From IMG/VR virus record IMGVR_UViG_3300033145_003233, positions 248,001 to 312,000 of that record: DNA of 64,000 nt. One strand, written 5' to 3'. The notes under the pieces were generated by a model that was not told where the DNA came from, did not search any database, and saw only the letters and a list, made by a program, of their open reading frames with translations. Below, one piece after another: positions 28,352-37,548 of this stretch. Numbering within the stretch: the stretch's first letter is position 1; each line of letters opens with the position of its first letter. The position numbers were made by a program, and so were the translations under genes.

Positions 28352-28382
28352 TATAGGGCCATTAATGTAATGGCCCTATATC
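28352..28382. terminator. Bidirectional terminator between convergent genes
   Basis: ATATAGGGCCATTA-ATG-TAATGGCCCTATAT inverted repeat. Confidence 0.75.
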
Positions 28383-28383
28383 T

Positions 28384-29544
28384 TTAACTACCTACTTTTA
28401 AATCTTCCATAAATCCCTCTTTTTTCTCTTCCCTCTTCCCAGCTTTTAAGATTTTTTTCAAAGTTGCTTGATCACAATAATTTATGTAAATCATCCCCGC
28501 AGGTTCTTTGTCCCAGTGACCTATCTTCTTAGGATCATCATAAATATCTTGTTTAATTAATGCTCCTGCTCCTATCTCTAACTGTTTAACAGGAGTGATC
28601 TTCCTAACATTTGATGCCGCTTGAGGAGCTACATTACCTTTCTTCATTTTGAACTTAGCACTAGTGTTACTACTACTAGAAACTGACGAGGAAGGAGAAG
28701 ATGAACATCCGGAACTAGACACACCTTTCCCATATGCACCACCCACAGATTGCCCACATGCACCACCCACATAACCTATAAAAGGAGGATGACTCCCAAG
28801 GCTTTTTAAATTGCTGCTCATATCCATATCATCCACTGATAAACAATCTAAAGTACCTTCAAACGTATTGTTTGAAATAAGATCGTTATATGCTCCCCTT
28901 GTTGGAGCAGGCTTTGGTTGAGGCTTCTTTTCTTTACTCAGATAAAAAGCCACTCCTATAGCAAAAACTCTTTCTTTTCCTATTAATTGAGCAGCTATCC
29001 CCCTCATTTCTTCACTGGTAAAAATATATTGTCTTATTTTTCCGTCAGGAGCACGGAAGCCATCAAGCCACAACCCTCCGTAAGGAGTCCCAGTATTACA
29101 AATGTAATTTTGTCCTGGCCACTTAAAACCACATTTTTCACAGAATCTATCCTGTTTAAAATTAACCTTATGAACAGGACATTTCTTTTTATATTTTTCT
29201 AAGCGAAGAGGCTTCTTGCCAACCATCTTTTGTCCCGTAATCGGATTAACTCCCTGAATTGAGATGACGATTGCAACATCATGAGTATGACGAGTACACT
29301 GGTTAAAATCAAGCCACATTCCATGATCTTCTTCAACACCCACGAAATAGCTACTAGCCATATCTGAGCCATGCATCCAGGTAGAAGGGCACCCAGGATA
29401 TTCATCCACAGGATAAACAGTTTGTACAGCGTATGGAGGTAAATTTTGAGCTACTTCTTCTCCATCAGAAAACCAACTATCTACCTTACGAGGCATATTA
29501 AAAGAACATACTAAATCTTTTTTAACTGACATATTATTTGACAT
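28384..29544 (-). CDS. Conserved uncharacterised protein with Zn-ribbon insertion
   Basis: LPP...MWLDF...QNY...WLDGF...IRQY...GAGALIKQDIYDD pattern recalled from an uncharacterised bacterial/fungal family; CPVH...CEKC. Confidence 0.55.
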   Translation of the reverse strand: MSNNMSVKKDLVCSFNMPRKVDSWFSDGEEVAQNLPPYAVQTVYPVDEYPGCPSTWMHGSDMASSYFVGVEEDHGMWLDFNQCTRHTHDVAIVISIQGVNPITGQKMVGKKPLRLEKYKKKCPVHKVNFKQDRFCEKCGFKWPGQNYICNTGTPYGGLWLDGFRAPDGKIRQYIFTSEEMRGIAAQLIGKERVFAIGVAFYLSKEKKPQPKPAPTRGAYNDLISNNTFEGTLDCLSVDDMDMSSNLKSLGSHPPFIGYVGGACGQSVGGAYGKGVSSSGCSSSPSSSVSSSSNTSAKFKMKKGNVAPQAASNVRKITPVKQLEIGAGALIKQDIYDDPKKIGHWDKEPAGMIYINYCDQATLKKILKAGKREEKKEGFMEDLKVGS

Positions 29545-29566
29545 ATTATTTCTCCTTTAATCGAAA

Positions 29567-29594
29567 ATAGGTGGACAGACCAGCTGCCCACCTA
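29567..29594 (-). terminator. Rho-independent terminator-like hairpin
   Basis: TAGGTGGGCAG-CTGGT-CTGTCCACCTA-TTTT. Confidence 0.65.
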
Positions 29595-29609
29595 CCGATT
29601 CAACGGTTA

Positions 29610-30488
29610 TTAACACTCTATGTTGTCGCCAAAAGGCTGATTACCGCGATCAGATTTTCCGCTGCCTCCGAGTTTCATCTTAAGCAATGGAAGACTTCCA
29701 GTTTTTGATAACTCATCAAACTCCAAGGAAGCCTGAGGATATCTGCTTCTTAGGGTGTCTAAGGTACAACTTTTAGTCATCACCCTATCAAGAATATCAT
29801 TTGCATCAGCAGCAGCTTCAACACAAATCTCTTCAGTTCTCTCAACAGCTATCCACAGCAACTGACGAATATCCATAGAAACACCATCCCATGAACGACC
29901 TGTCTGATCGCATGTCTCGCCGGAACGTAATGACCTTCCTGGATAAATAGGATTCTCATTTGCATAAGAATCTGGACGGTCCCCTACTCTATACGTAGCA
30001 GTAGGCCTTCCCCCTACAAAAGCACGATCAACTTCTGGCAAATTGTTTTCCAAGTCCTCTAATAATTTAGCTGACTCTTCCACAACCACCTTGCCATCGT
30101 TATCAAAGATAATAAAACATTTCCCTTCGGAACGCTCTTTTAATCTTTTACCGACAGCATTCTTCACATCTTTTGGATTGTAACGTTCCAAAAGCCCTCT
30201 TGCATCCATGCCATTAGCCTTTCTTTCAGAGACATAACCGGATTTCTTTGTACTTCCGTTGTCTGCCTGCCGAAACATATGGGCCAAGCTCCGTGCCATT
30301 ATCTTAGGAATACCGCAACTCTGCAAGTCTTCCCAGCTAACAGCTTTTAACGTTTGTTCTGATGTCCCGCCTAACTTACGCAGACTTTGCAAAAAATTAT
30401 CAAAGTCTATCTTATCGGGGGCATCAACAGTGGAATTGTGCTCATCTATAACCTGACGAGCGGATTGGATCTTTGAATCAAAACTCAT
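29610..30488 (-). CDS. Hypothetical protein with SAM/HhH-like N-terminus
   Basis: LKAVSWEDLQSCGIPKIMARSL; strong SD AAGGAG. Confidence 0.6.
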   Translation of the reverse strand: MSFDSKIQSARQVIDEHNSTVDAPDKIDFDNFLQSLRKLGGTSEQTLKAVSWEDLQSCGIPKIMARSLAHMFRQADNGSTKKSGYVSERKANGMDARGLLERYNPKDVKNAVGKRLKERSEGKCFIIFDNDGKVVVEESAKLLEDLENNLPEVDRAFVGGRPTATYRVGDRPDSYANENPIYPGRSLRSGETCDQTGRSWDGVSMDIRQLLWIAVERTEEICVEAAADANDILDRVMTKSCTLDTLRSRYPQASLEFDELSKTGSLPLLKMKLGGSGKSDRGNQPFGDNIEC

Positions 30489-30500
30489 TTGAATCTCCTT

Positions 30501-30552
30501 TACTCTAACTCTAAACTACTAACTAACTAACTAACTCTAACTCTAAACTCTA
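30501..30552 (-). repeat. UAG-repeat tract (10 TAG triplets) in a 5' leader directly upstream of the SD
   Basis: Minus strand TAGAGTTTAGAGTTAGAGTTAGTTAGTTAGTTAGTAGTTTAGAGTTAGAGTAAAGGAG. Confidence 0.85.
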
Positions 30553-30582
30553 CGTAGCAGAACAACTACCACTATATTAACT

Positions 30583-30639
30583 ATTCGACAAGAATAGCTC
30601 AACTCCTTTAATTATACCAGATAATCTTTCACTTTTCAA
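30583..30639 (-). promoter_or_regulatory. Tandem class 1 (30611-30639) and class 2 (30583-30607) promoters
   Basis: TTGAAA-AGTGAAAGATTATCTGG-TATAAT, then AGGA-N17-GAAT. Confidence 0.65.
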
Positions 30640-30855
30640 GAAAAAATAAAAATTATGCCCAATCTAAATTTTCTGGGTCTGTTGGAATCCCCTTCCCTAT
30701 ACTAAACCCATAATCTACTAGTATAAACCGATCATTCCATGAGTGAATAAGCCCACGTTGTCTTAATCCTCCATCATCAAAAATGACATCCTTCATTTTA
30801 TCCTTTTTTGTAAGTTCTTTAATGTCAATCATATAGACATTATAGCATATTATTT

Positions 30856-31632
30856 TCACTTTTCAAGAGAATTTATAAAAGGATGATCTCTCCAAAAGAT
30901 ATGATTCTTATTTATCTTATCCTTAAAATTCTCCATCATGTCCCTATATTTAAAAGAACGAGGTTTTTTATATTTATGACTTGAAGAGAAATTCCATGAA
31001 GTCAAAAAAGACACGTCCCTTTTTTCTAATAAAGAAGATATGCATATCTTATCAAGATACCTATATATATTAGTCCTTTGATATTCGGCCTTTCGTTTAT
31101 TTTTATATCGTATTTTATCACAATATAATATATGATTATCAAAAAACAATATTGTAATATTTAAACAAACATAAGCAGTCCACCACCAAGAAATATCATC
31201 AAAACCTAGAAATGTGGGAAAACATAAATCTATTATATCTCTATGAAAAGCAAGCACAGCCGTATCATATGTTGTAAATTTTTGATGGAAACGATAAGCA
31301 AGAGTTCCAACGGCAGGCTCATATTCTATTAAGAAATCATCAAACACTTTCCATGGGTTTTTGCCCCTGTCTTCTGAATACTTCTTTTCCCGTATGAATA
31401 ATTCCAGGTCATCATCTAAAACGACATAATATAAATATTTTTTAGGAACGGCCTCTATCAACTTATTCCTACCCTCCCAAACAGTACTATCAGGAAAGAA
31501 TATATTATTCTTATGTTCTACAGGTCTCTTCCAAGAATGTATATAAACATCTCTCCCCATATCCTCTAATATTTTGACATAATCCGGAATGTAGTCGGGT
31601 GTTTGAACTAAATATGCAATGTTATTATCCAT
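30856..31632 (-). CDS. Glycosyltransferase-like protein, paralog 1
   Basis: GRNKL..VPKKYLYYVVLDDD; N-terminus near-identical to its neighbour. Confidence 0.5.
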   Translation of the reverse strand: MDNNIAYLVQTPDYIPDYVKILEDMGRDVYIHSWKRPVEHKNNIFFPDSTVWEGRNKLIEAVPKKYLYYVVLDDDLELFIREKKYSEDRGKNPWKVFDDFLIEYEPAVGTLAYRFHQKFTTYDTAVLAFHRDIIDLCFPTFLGFDDISWWWTAYVCLNITILFFDNHILYCDKIRYKNKRKAEYQRTNIYRYLDKICISSLLEKRDVSFLTSWNFSSSHKYKKPRSFKYRDMMENFKDKINKNHIFWRDHPFINSLEK

Positions 31633-32404
31633 TAATAAAAGGATGGTCCTTCCAAAAAATATGATTTTTATCTACTCTATTTTTAAAATTCTCAGCCATC
31701 TTCGCATAGTCTCCTAAACGAAATTTCTCTGGCGGGAGAAATAAAGTTGGATATTCCTGTTCATGATAAAAAACACGTTTGAAATTATCTTTGTCCTCTT
31801 TATACAAAAAAGATTTCTTCCATACATTATTAAACAACCTATTAGAATAAGCCCTGCAATATTCTCTACCTAATTTATTCGCGAATTCTAATCCATCACA
31901 ATAATACACATACAAGTAAAAAGCATAAATAAGAGTTATTATATGCATAGATCCAGTCCACCACCATGAGAGATTATCAAAGCCGGTATATACAGGGAAA
32001 CCCACTTTCATAACATCCTTATGATAAGCCAAAATTGATCCTTCACACCTAACTCTTTTTCGAGTAACCTCATAAGCTATAGTCCCTACAGCAGGTTTAT
32101 ATTCAATTAAAAAATGCTCGAATACTTCCCACGGATTTTTATTTTTAAAACATCTACCTTCCTTAATATATAATTCAACATCATCTTCCACAGAAATATA
32201 ATATAGATATTTCTTAGGTACTATTTCTGCCAATTTATTTTTTCCCTCCCAGCATGTGCTCTCTGGAAAGAATATATTATTTTTATGTTCTAATGGCTTC
32301 TTAAAAGAAAGTAGATACACATCTCTACCCATATCCTCTAATATTTTGACATAATCGGGAATGTAATCTGGAGTTTGTATAAGATATGCTATATCTTGCT
32401 TCAT
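31625..32404 (-). CDS. Glycosyltransferase-like protein, paralog 2
   Basis: IAYLIQTPDYIPDYVKILEDMGRDVY...VEDD...KNHIFW.DHPFIN shared with paralog 1. Confidence 0.5.
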   Translation of the reverse strand: MKQDIAYLIQTPDYIPDYVKILEDMGRDVYLLSFKKPLEHKNNIFFPESTCWEGKNKLAEIVPKKYLYYISVEDDVELYIKEGRCFKNKNPWEVFEHFLIEYKPAVGTIAYEVTRKRVRCEGSILAYHKDVMKVGFPVYTGFDNLSWWWTGSMHIITLIYAFYLYVYYCDGLEFANKLGREYCRAYSNRLFNNVWKKSFLYKEDKDNFKRVFYHEQEYPTLFLPPEKFRLGDYAKMAENFKNRVDKNHIFWKDHPFING

Positions 32405-33547
32405 CTATTCTTCTTGAAAATCAATCGATTTAGAAATAGTAAAATATACATAGGACCCCTTATCTTTTTCTGAATCTATCCATATCTTACCCCCATGGGC
32501 TTCTACTATCCTTTTACAAAGTGCTAACCCTATCCCTGTACCAGGATATTCTTCCCTAGAATATAATCTTTTAAAGATACCGAATACCCTGTCCATATAT
32601 TTAGAATCTATCCCTAAGCCATTATCTTTAACATAAAACAGCCAGCACGAATCTTCATCACAACAACCTATCCTGATAAAAGGAGATTCCTTGGACCTAA
32701 ATTTTAATGCATTACTAATTAAATTATGTAATAATTGTTTAATTCTAAAACGAATACCAAGGATGTGTGGCAAATCACCCTCCACAATAATTTTTGCACT
32801 GGACTCCCGAATCTTCACCTCAAAATCCATCATTGTTTCTTCTAACAAGTCATTTAAATTGATGGTCTCAAATGGCTTATCCCTTCTCCCTACTCGTGAA
32901 AAATCAAGTAGCTCTTCTATAAGTGTCTTCATTCTTATAGTGGCATCAATAATATAAAGAAAATACTTTTCAGCATCTTGATCTTCATCATATAAAGACT
33001 CACCTTTTTTCCTTTTCTCTGTAAGCAACTGACAATAACTAGAGACCACTCTTAATGGCTCCTGTAAATCATGAGAAGCGACATACGCAAATTCTTCAAG
33101 TTCCTGATTGCTTTGTCGCAAGGCATCTGCCGTTTCTTCCAATGTTCTACCATCCCTTATCCTTTCAGTAGCGTCCTGTTGAAAACCTACAAACCCTATT
33201 GTTTCGTCCTTATCGTTTTTTAACGGAGAAACAGTGAGGTCCATTAAAAAAATATCTCCATTTTTACGTTTATTTTTTAATAACCCCTTCCACGTTCCCC
33301 CATTATTAATTACCCTGGAGATACCATGTTGTATCTCATCTTTATTTACCTCCGCATTTAATATGCCAGGATGTTCCCCTAGTAATTCTTTTCTATCAAA
33401 ACCATATAAATTTTCCGATGCCTTATTGATGTATACTATACTTTGGTCTAAATTTGTAACAATAACAGATTCATGCATCTGCTCCATGACTGCCTTAAAA
33501 AACCATATTTCCTTATAAAAATTTTTATTTATAATATTCTTGTTCAT
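32405..33547 (-). CDS. PAS-domain sensor histidine kinase (Cph1-like HisKA-HATPase)
   Basis: PAS/PAC; FAYVASHDLQEPLR; NLISNALKF; DNGLG; GTGIGLA. Confidence 0.95.
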   Translation of the reverse strand: MNKNIINKNFYKEIWFFKAVMEQMHESVIVTNLDQSIVYINKASENLYGFDRKELLGEHPGILNAEVNKDEIQHGISRVINNGGTWKGLLKNKRKNGDIFLMDLTVSPLKNDKDETIGFVGFQQDATERIRDGRTLEETADALRQSNQELEEFAYVASHDLQEPLRVVSSYCQLLTEKRKKGESLYDEDQDAEKYFLYIIDATIRMKTLIEELLDFSRVGRRDKPFETINLNDLLEETMMDFEVKIRESSAKIIVEGDLPHILGIRFRIKQLLHNLISNALKFRSKESPFIRIGCCDEDSCWLFYVKDNGLGIDSKYMDRVFGIFKRLYSREEYPGTGIGLALCKRIVEAHGGKIWIDSEKDKGSYVYFTISKSIDFQEE

Positions 33548-33549
33548 TT

Positions 33550-33912
33550 TTAGGCTTCTTTAAGAGCAACCCATTCACCTATACAAACCCTAGCTATTAT
33601 CTTACCATCTTCTTCAATAATACTTATCTTTGAATCAGCATGCATTTTCATATTCATCGTAGGAGCATCTTCTATTTCTATATCATAAGAAGAAACAAAG
33701 ATAATCCTATCAGGCTTATGCCCCTGAGCCGCACAATAAGCTATGATATCATCTACCACCAACCCATGAAAGTCGAAAATAGCATGATTTGTCTTCATTA
33801 AAACTACTCCATTCATTTCATATAAGATATTATCAGATAAAAGATATTTCTCATTTCTTCTAAAATATTTATTCAAAATATCTACAAAAGATTGTTTTAA
33901 ATTAATTGCCAA
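33550..33912 (-). CDS. Hypothetical protein
   Basis: ORF track; SD AGAGGGG. Confidence 0.5.
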   Translation of the reverse strand: MAINLKQSFVDILNKYFRRNEKYLLSDNILYEMNGVVLMKTNHAIFDFHGLVVDDIIAYCAAQGHKPDRIIFVSSYDIEIEDAPTMNMKMHADSKISIIEEDGKIIARVCIGEWVALKEA

Positions 33913-33944
33913 GTTTAAACCCCTCTTTTTATTAAAATACTATA

Positions 33945-35462
33945 TTAATAATTAAAATCTAATTTTTCCTTCATTCCTATGTAAACTGCTTCATAAGCTG
34001 TTAGTTTACCTTCAGAAGTTAATTTAATAAGAACTTTTTCCTTTTCGGAATTAGTTAAACCTGCTAATCTAGGTTCAATTATATTATAAGTTTTTTCTAA
34101 TTTAGTCATATCTTCATCACCAAATACAAATTTTGCTCCACCATGAACTGATTCCTCGCTTGAGCTGCTTGAGCTACTTAGGCTTGAACTACTTTGGCTA
34201 GAACTTGAACTACTTAAGCTAGAGCTACTTTGGCTTGAACTACTTGAGCTAGAGCTACTTTGGCTAGAGCTACTTGAGCTAGAGCTACTTGAGCTAGAGC
34301 TACTTGAGCTAGAGCTACTTGAGCTGGAACTGCTTGAGCTAGTAGCAACCGAAGCACACTCATCAGTGTTAGTATCACAGACAGTAGTATGAAAATAATT
34401 TGGACCAAATACTGTAGCACACCATGCTGTCCCAGATGTTGCTTCACAATTAGCGTCTATACTAATAGCAATCGGCAATTGATCTTCCCTTACCACAAAA
34501 CACGAATGTTTAGCTGCATTAGTAGACCTTCCCCAATCAGTCGCCAGATGTTCTCCCTCAGCTACATACTGCCCCCATCCTTCCCCATATAACTTTAAAT
34601 AATTAGGATGAGAAGGAGAAACACCATCGCAAGGATTATTAACACAATCAGGTGGATTACTCTGGCTAATTAATCTTCTACTTGTCCCCACACAACCACT
34701 ATCCCATATTATTTCTCCGGTACAAGTTTGTCCATCATAATTAGCGTATATAATTATTCGATCTCTTACTGTATAGGTAGTATATTCCATAAGAAAATTA
34801 GCCCATCTATTCGGAGATGTTCCCTGCCAGTCACTAGGGCATTCTAATCCCAGACAACACGATTCACAACTATTATATATAGGAGTAGGAATAGAATCTA
34901 AAATCAATTCCCCTCCCACAATGGGAGTTTTATTGTCATAGGCATCTTGATCTACATACCAGCACAAATCATCATATTTAAAATAAGATGGCAATACAAC
35001 CGCTGCCGCCTCATTTACGTATAAAGTATAACCTGGTGGAGTCTGTGGAGGATTACATCCAGTATCGCATAATTGAGCTTCCACCTTTTCATCCCCTATT
35101 TCTTCGCATAATAAACTGGACTCAGCCTGTATGTCACTTTCAAAAAAAGTCTGATCTATCCTAACCTTTGCCTTAAAATAAACTATACCATCACAACCAG
35201 ATACATCTATGGTAGCAGAATATGGCTCGTTCAAAGAAGAAGAATCTAGAACATTATCTAAAGAAGAACTATTATTACAACTCCATAATAATTTATTATA
35301 TGTAAGAGTATCAAAAGATCTATTATAACTATCTTCTATAACCCATTCTACACGCAGATTGTTACCAGAACAATTCCAACCAGTGATAATAACCTGTATA
35401 TCTTCTGGACAAACAGGTTGCTCACATTGATCAAAACCATTTACATATCTTTGAAAAGCCAT
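33945..35462 (-). CDS. Cys-rich paralog with poly-Ser linker (probable virion fibre/appendage)
   Basis: MAFQRY.NGFDQC family; about 22 Cys; ~60-residue Ser tract. Confidence 0.6.
   Translation of the reverse strand: MAFQRYVNGFDQCEQPVCPEDIQVIITGWNCSGNNLRVEWVIEDSYNRSFDTLTYNKLLWSCNNSSSLDNVLDSSSLNEPYSATIDVSGCDGIVYFKAKVRIDQTFFESDIQAESSLLCEEIGDEKVEAQLCDTGCNPPQTPPGYTLYVNEAAAVVLPSYFKYDDLCWYVDQDAYDNKTPIVGGELILDSIPTPIYNSCESCCLGLECPSDWQGTSPNRWANFLMEYTTYTVRDRIIIYANYDGQTCTGEIIWDSGCVGTSRRLISQSNPPDCVNNPCDGVSPSHPNYLKLYGEGWGQYVAEGEHLATDWGRSTNAAKHSCFVVREDQLPIAISIDANCEATSGTAWCATVFGPNYFHTTVCDTNTDECASVATSSSSSSSSSSSSSSSSSSSSSSSSSSQSSSSSSSSSQSSSSLSSSSSSQSSSSLSSSSSSSEESVHGGAKFVFGDEDMTKLEKTYNIIEPRLAGLTNSEKEKVLIKLTSEGKLTAYEAVYIGMKEKLDFNY
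34158..34340 (-). repeat. Poly-serine coding repeat (15-bp unit GAGCTAGAGCTACTT on plus strand)
   Basis: Three perfect tandem units at 34276-34320 plus degenerate copies. Confidence 0.9.
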
Positions 35463-35480
35463 AAAAATATTTTCTATATA

Positions 35481-36806
35481 TTAATTAAGGAAATCTAATT
35501 TCTCTTCAGTGCCAATATAGATAGCCTCATAAGCAGTTAATTTTCCATCTCCCACCATCTTAATGAGAAATACCTCTTTTTCAGAATTAGTTAAACCTGC
35601 TAATTGTGGCTTAATTAAGTTATAAGTTTTTTCTAATTCAGGTTCATCCTCTGGTGTAAATGAAAATGTATAAATTTCATGAATATCGCTAACCATGGGA
35701 GAACACAAATCATTACTACCTCCGCAAAAAGTAGCATGAAAATTATTTGGACCAAATACGGTAGCACACCATACTGTAGGATCTCCACTATGACAGTTGG
35801 CATCTATACTAATACCAATAGGCAATTGATCTTCTGCTACTCCAAAACATGCTTGCTTAACATTACTTTGACTATGTGTCCAATCAGTAGCTAATAACTC
35901 ATCTCCACTGACATATTTACCAATGCCCTCACCATATAAAGATCTATAATCCGGGTGAGCTGGAGGAACACCTTGACACGGATGATTGTGGCAATCTGCC
36001 TTACCGCTCCTTAATGTTCTAGCTGTCCCCACACAACCACTAGTCCATATTATCTCACTACCTAAACAAAACTCTGGAACATAATTAGCCCACACTCTTA
36101 TTTGATCTCTAGCCGAATAAGTAGTATATTCTATAAGAAAGAGACCCCAAGAATTGGGAGTTAGCCCTTGCCAGTCACTAGGGCATTCCAATCCTAAACA
36201 ACATGATTCACAAGTAGCATGAGAATTAGGGAGAGATGCTAAAACAAAATCCCCCGCAGAAATAGGAGTCCTATCATCATAAGCAGATCGATCTACATAC
36301 CAGCATAAATCATCATATTTAAAATAAGCTGGCAAGGCCACAGCAACTGCTGCCTCATTCACATATAAATCATAAGCAGGAGGAGTCTGTGGAGGATTAC
36401 AAGTCTGGCATAATTGTGCTCTTACTTTTTCATCTCCCAACTCCTCGCATAAAAAAGTAGACTGATTCTTAATATCACTTTCAAAAAAATCATTATCTAT
36501 TTTAACTCTTGCTTTAAAATAAACTATGCCATCGCAACCAGACACATCTACAGTAGCAGAATAAGGTTCTATCAAAGAGGGAGAATTAACACTATTGCTA
36601 AATGAAGAGCTATCATTACAACTCCATAATAATTTATTATATGGAAGATCAGGAAAAGATGTATTGTACGTATCTTCTATAACCCATTCTACATATAAAT
36701 TATCATTAGAACAATTCCAACTACTAATAACAACACTTATGTCATTAGTAGGACAAGTAGGAGGGTTACATTGATCAAAACCATTTATATATCTTTGAAA
36801 AGCCAT
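35481..36806 (-). CDS. Cys-rich paralog
   Basis: Collinear with 33945-35462 including C-terminal LEKTYN.I.P.LAGLTNSEKE domain, but without the Ser tract. Confidence 0.6.
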   Translation of the reverse strand: MAFQRYINGFDQCNPPTCPTNDISVVISSWNCSNDNLYVEWVIEDTYNTSFPDLPYNKLLWSCNDSSSFSNSVNSPSLIEPYSATVDVSGCDGIVYFKARVKIDNDFFESDIKNQSTFLCEELGDEKVRAQLCQTCNPPQTPPAYDLYVNEAAVAVALPAYFKYDDLCWYVDRSAYDDRTPISAGDFVLASLPNSHATCESCCLGLECPSDWQGLTPNSWGLFLIEYTTYSARDQIRVWANYVPEFCLGSEIIWTSGCVGTARTLRSGKADCHNHPCQGVPPAHPDYRSLYGEGIGKYVSGDELLATDWTHSQSNVKQACFGVAEDQLPIGISIDANCHSGDPTVWCATVFGPNNFHATFCGGSNDLCSPMVSDIHEIYTFSFTPEDEPELEKTYNLIKPQLAGLTNSEKEVFLIKMVGDGKLTAYEAIYIGTEEKLDFLN

Positions 36807-36837
36807 TAAAATATTTTCTATAAAACCAAAATTAAAT

Positions 36838-37167
36838 TTATTGCCATGTTCCGTTTTCTGCCGTAACTAACCAGTCCCCATATCTATTTGATACTATCGT
36901 TATACATTCTCCAGCAGCATCTGCCCAAAGAGGAGTAGAAATTGGGTAGTACTGATAGTTAAAAGAAGCTCCATTTGGATCTATTCTTAATCGATACTGT
37001 GCTTGACAAGCTATAATAAAATAAGTACCAGATTCAGGATTAACTGGCAAAGTCAAAGTTATTGTCCCACCTGCCCCATAATTCGTATGCACACTACCCG
37101 ATTCAGACTCTAGAAGAGTATCATTAGATGTATGATTTTCTACCGTTAAATAATTATTATAAGCCAT
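36838..37167 (-). CDS. Fibre-repeat-like single-domain protein
   Basis: TITLTLP..P.SG...LRIDP...WADAAGECI...ENGTW. Confidence 0.55.
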   Translation of the reverse strand: MAYNNYLTVENHTSNDTLLESESGSVHTNYGAGGTITLTLPVNPESGTYFIIACQAQYRLRIDPNGASFNYQYYPISTPLWADAAGECITIVSNRYGDWLVTAENGTWQ

Positions 37168-37170
37168 TAT

Positions 37171-37530
37171 TTATGTTTCCATACTCCATGTTCCATTTTT
37201 AGATGTAGTTAACCAATCCCCATTTGAATCCGCGACGAAAGAAATACATTCTCCCATAGAATCTGCCCAAATATATTTATTAGGAGTCTTAGATTGATTA
37301 GAGTTATCTATAATGGCAGCCGAACCAGGATCAACCCTTAATTGAATCGGAGGAGTATATAGAGTCTCAACAGAAAAACAGAATGTAGTTCCCATAGAAG
37401 CAGATGCCGGAAGAAAAATAGTTATATCCTCAGTAGCATTTAAATTAGTATGGATCGACCCTCTTTGCGAAGAACGTAAACTATAATCATTCGTATGATT
37501 TCTTACACATAAATTTTCTTTATTATACAT
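37171..37530 (-). CDS. Fibre-repeat-like single-domain protein
   Basis: GSIHTN..A...LP...LRVDP...WADSMGECI...KNGTW. Confidence 0.55.
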   Translation of the reverse strand: MYNKENLCVRNHTNDYSLRSSQRGSIHTNLNATEDITIFLPASASMGTTFCFSVETLYTPPIQLRVDPGSAAIIDNSNQSKTPNKYIWADSMGECISFVADSNGDWLTTSKNGTWSMET

Positions 37531-37548
37531 ACTGATTCCTATAAAATC

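Noticed and set aside
34214-34447. ORF with AQVAL repeats
   Set aside because: Alternative frame of the poly-Ser 15-bp repeat
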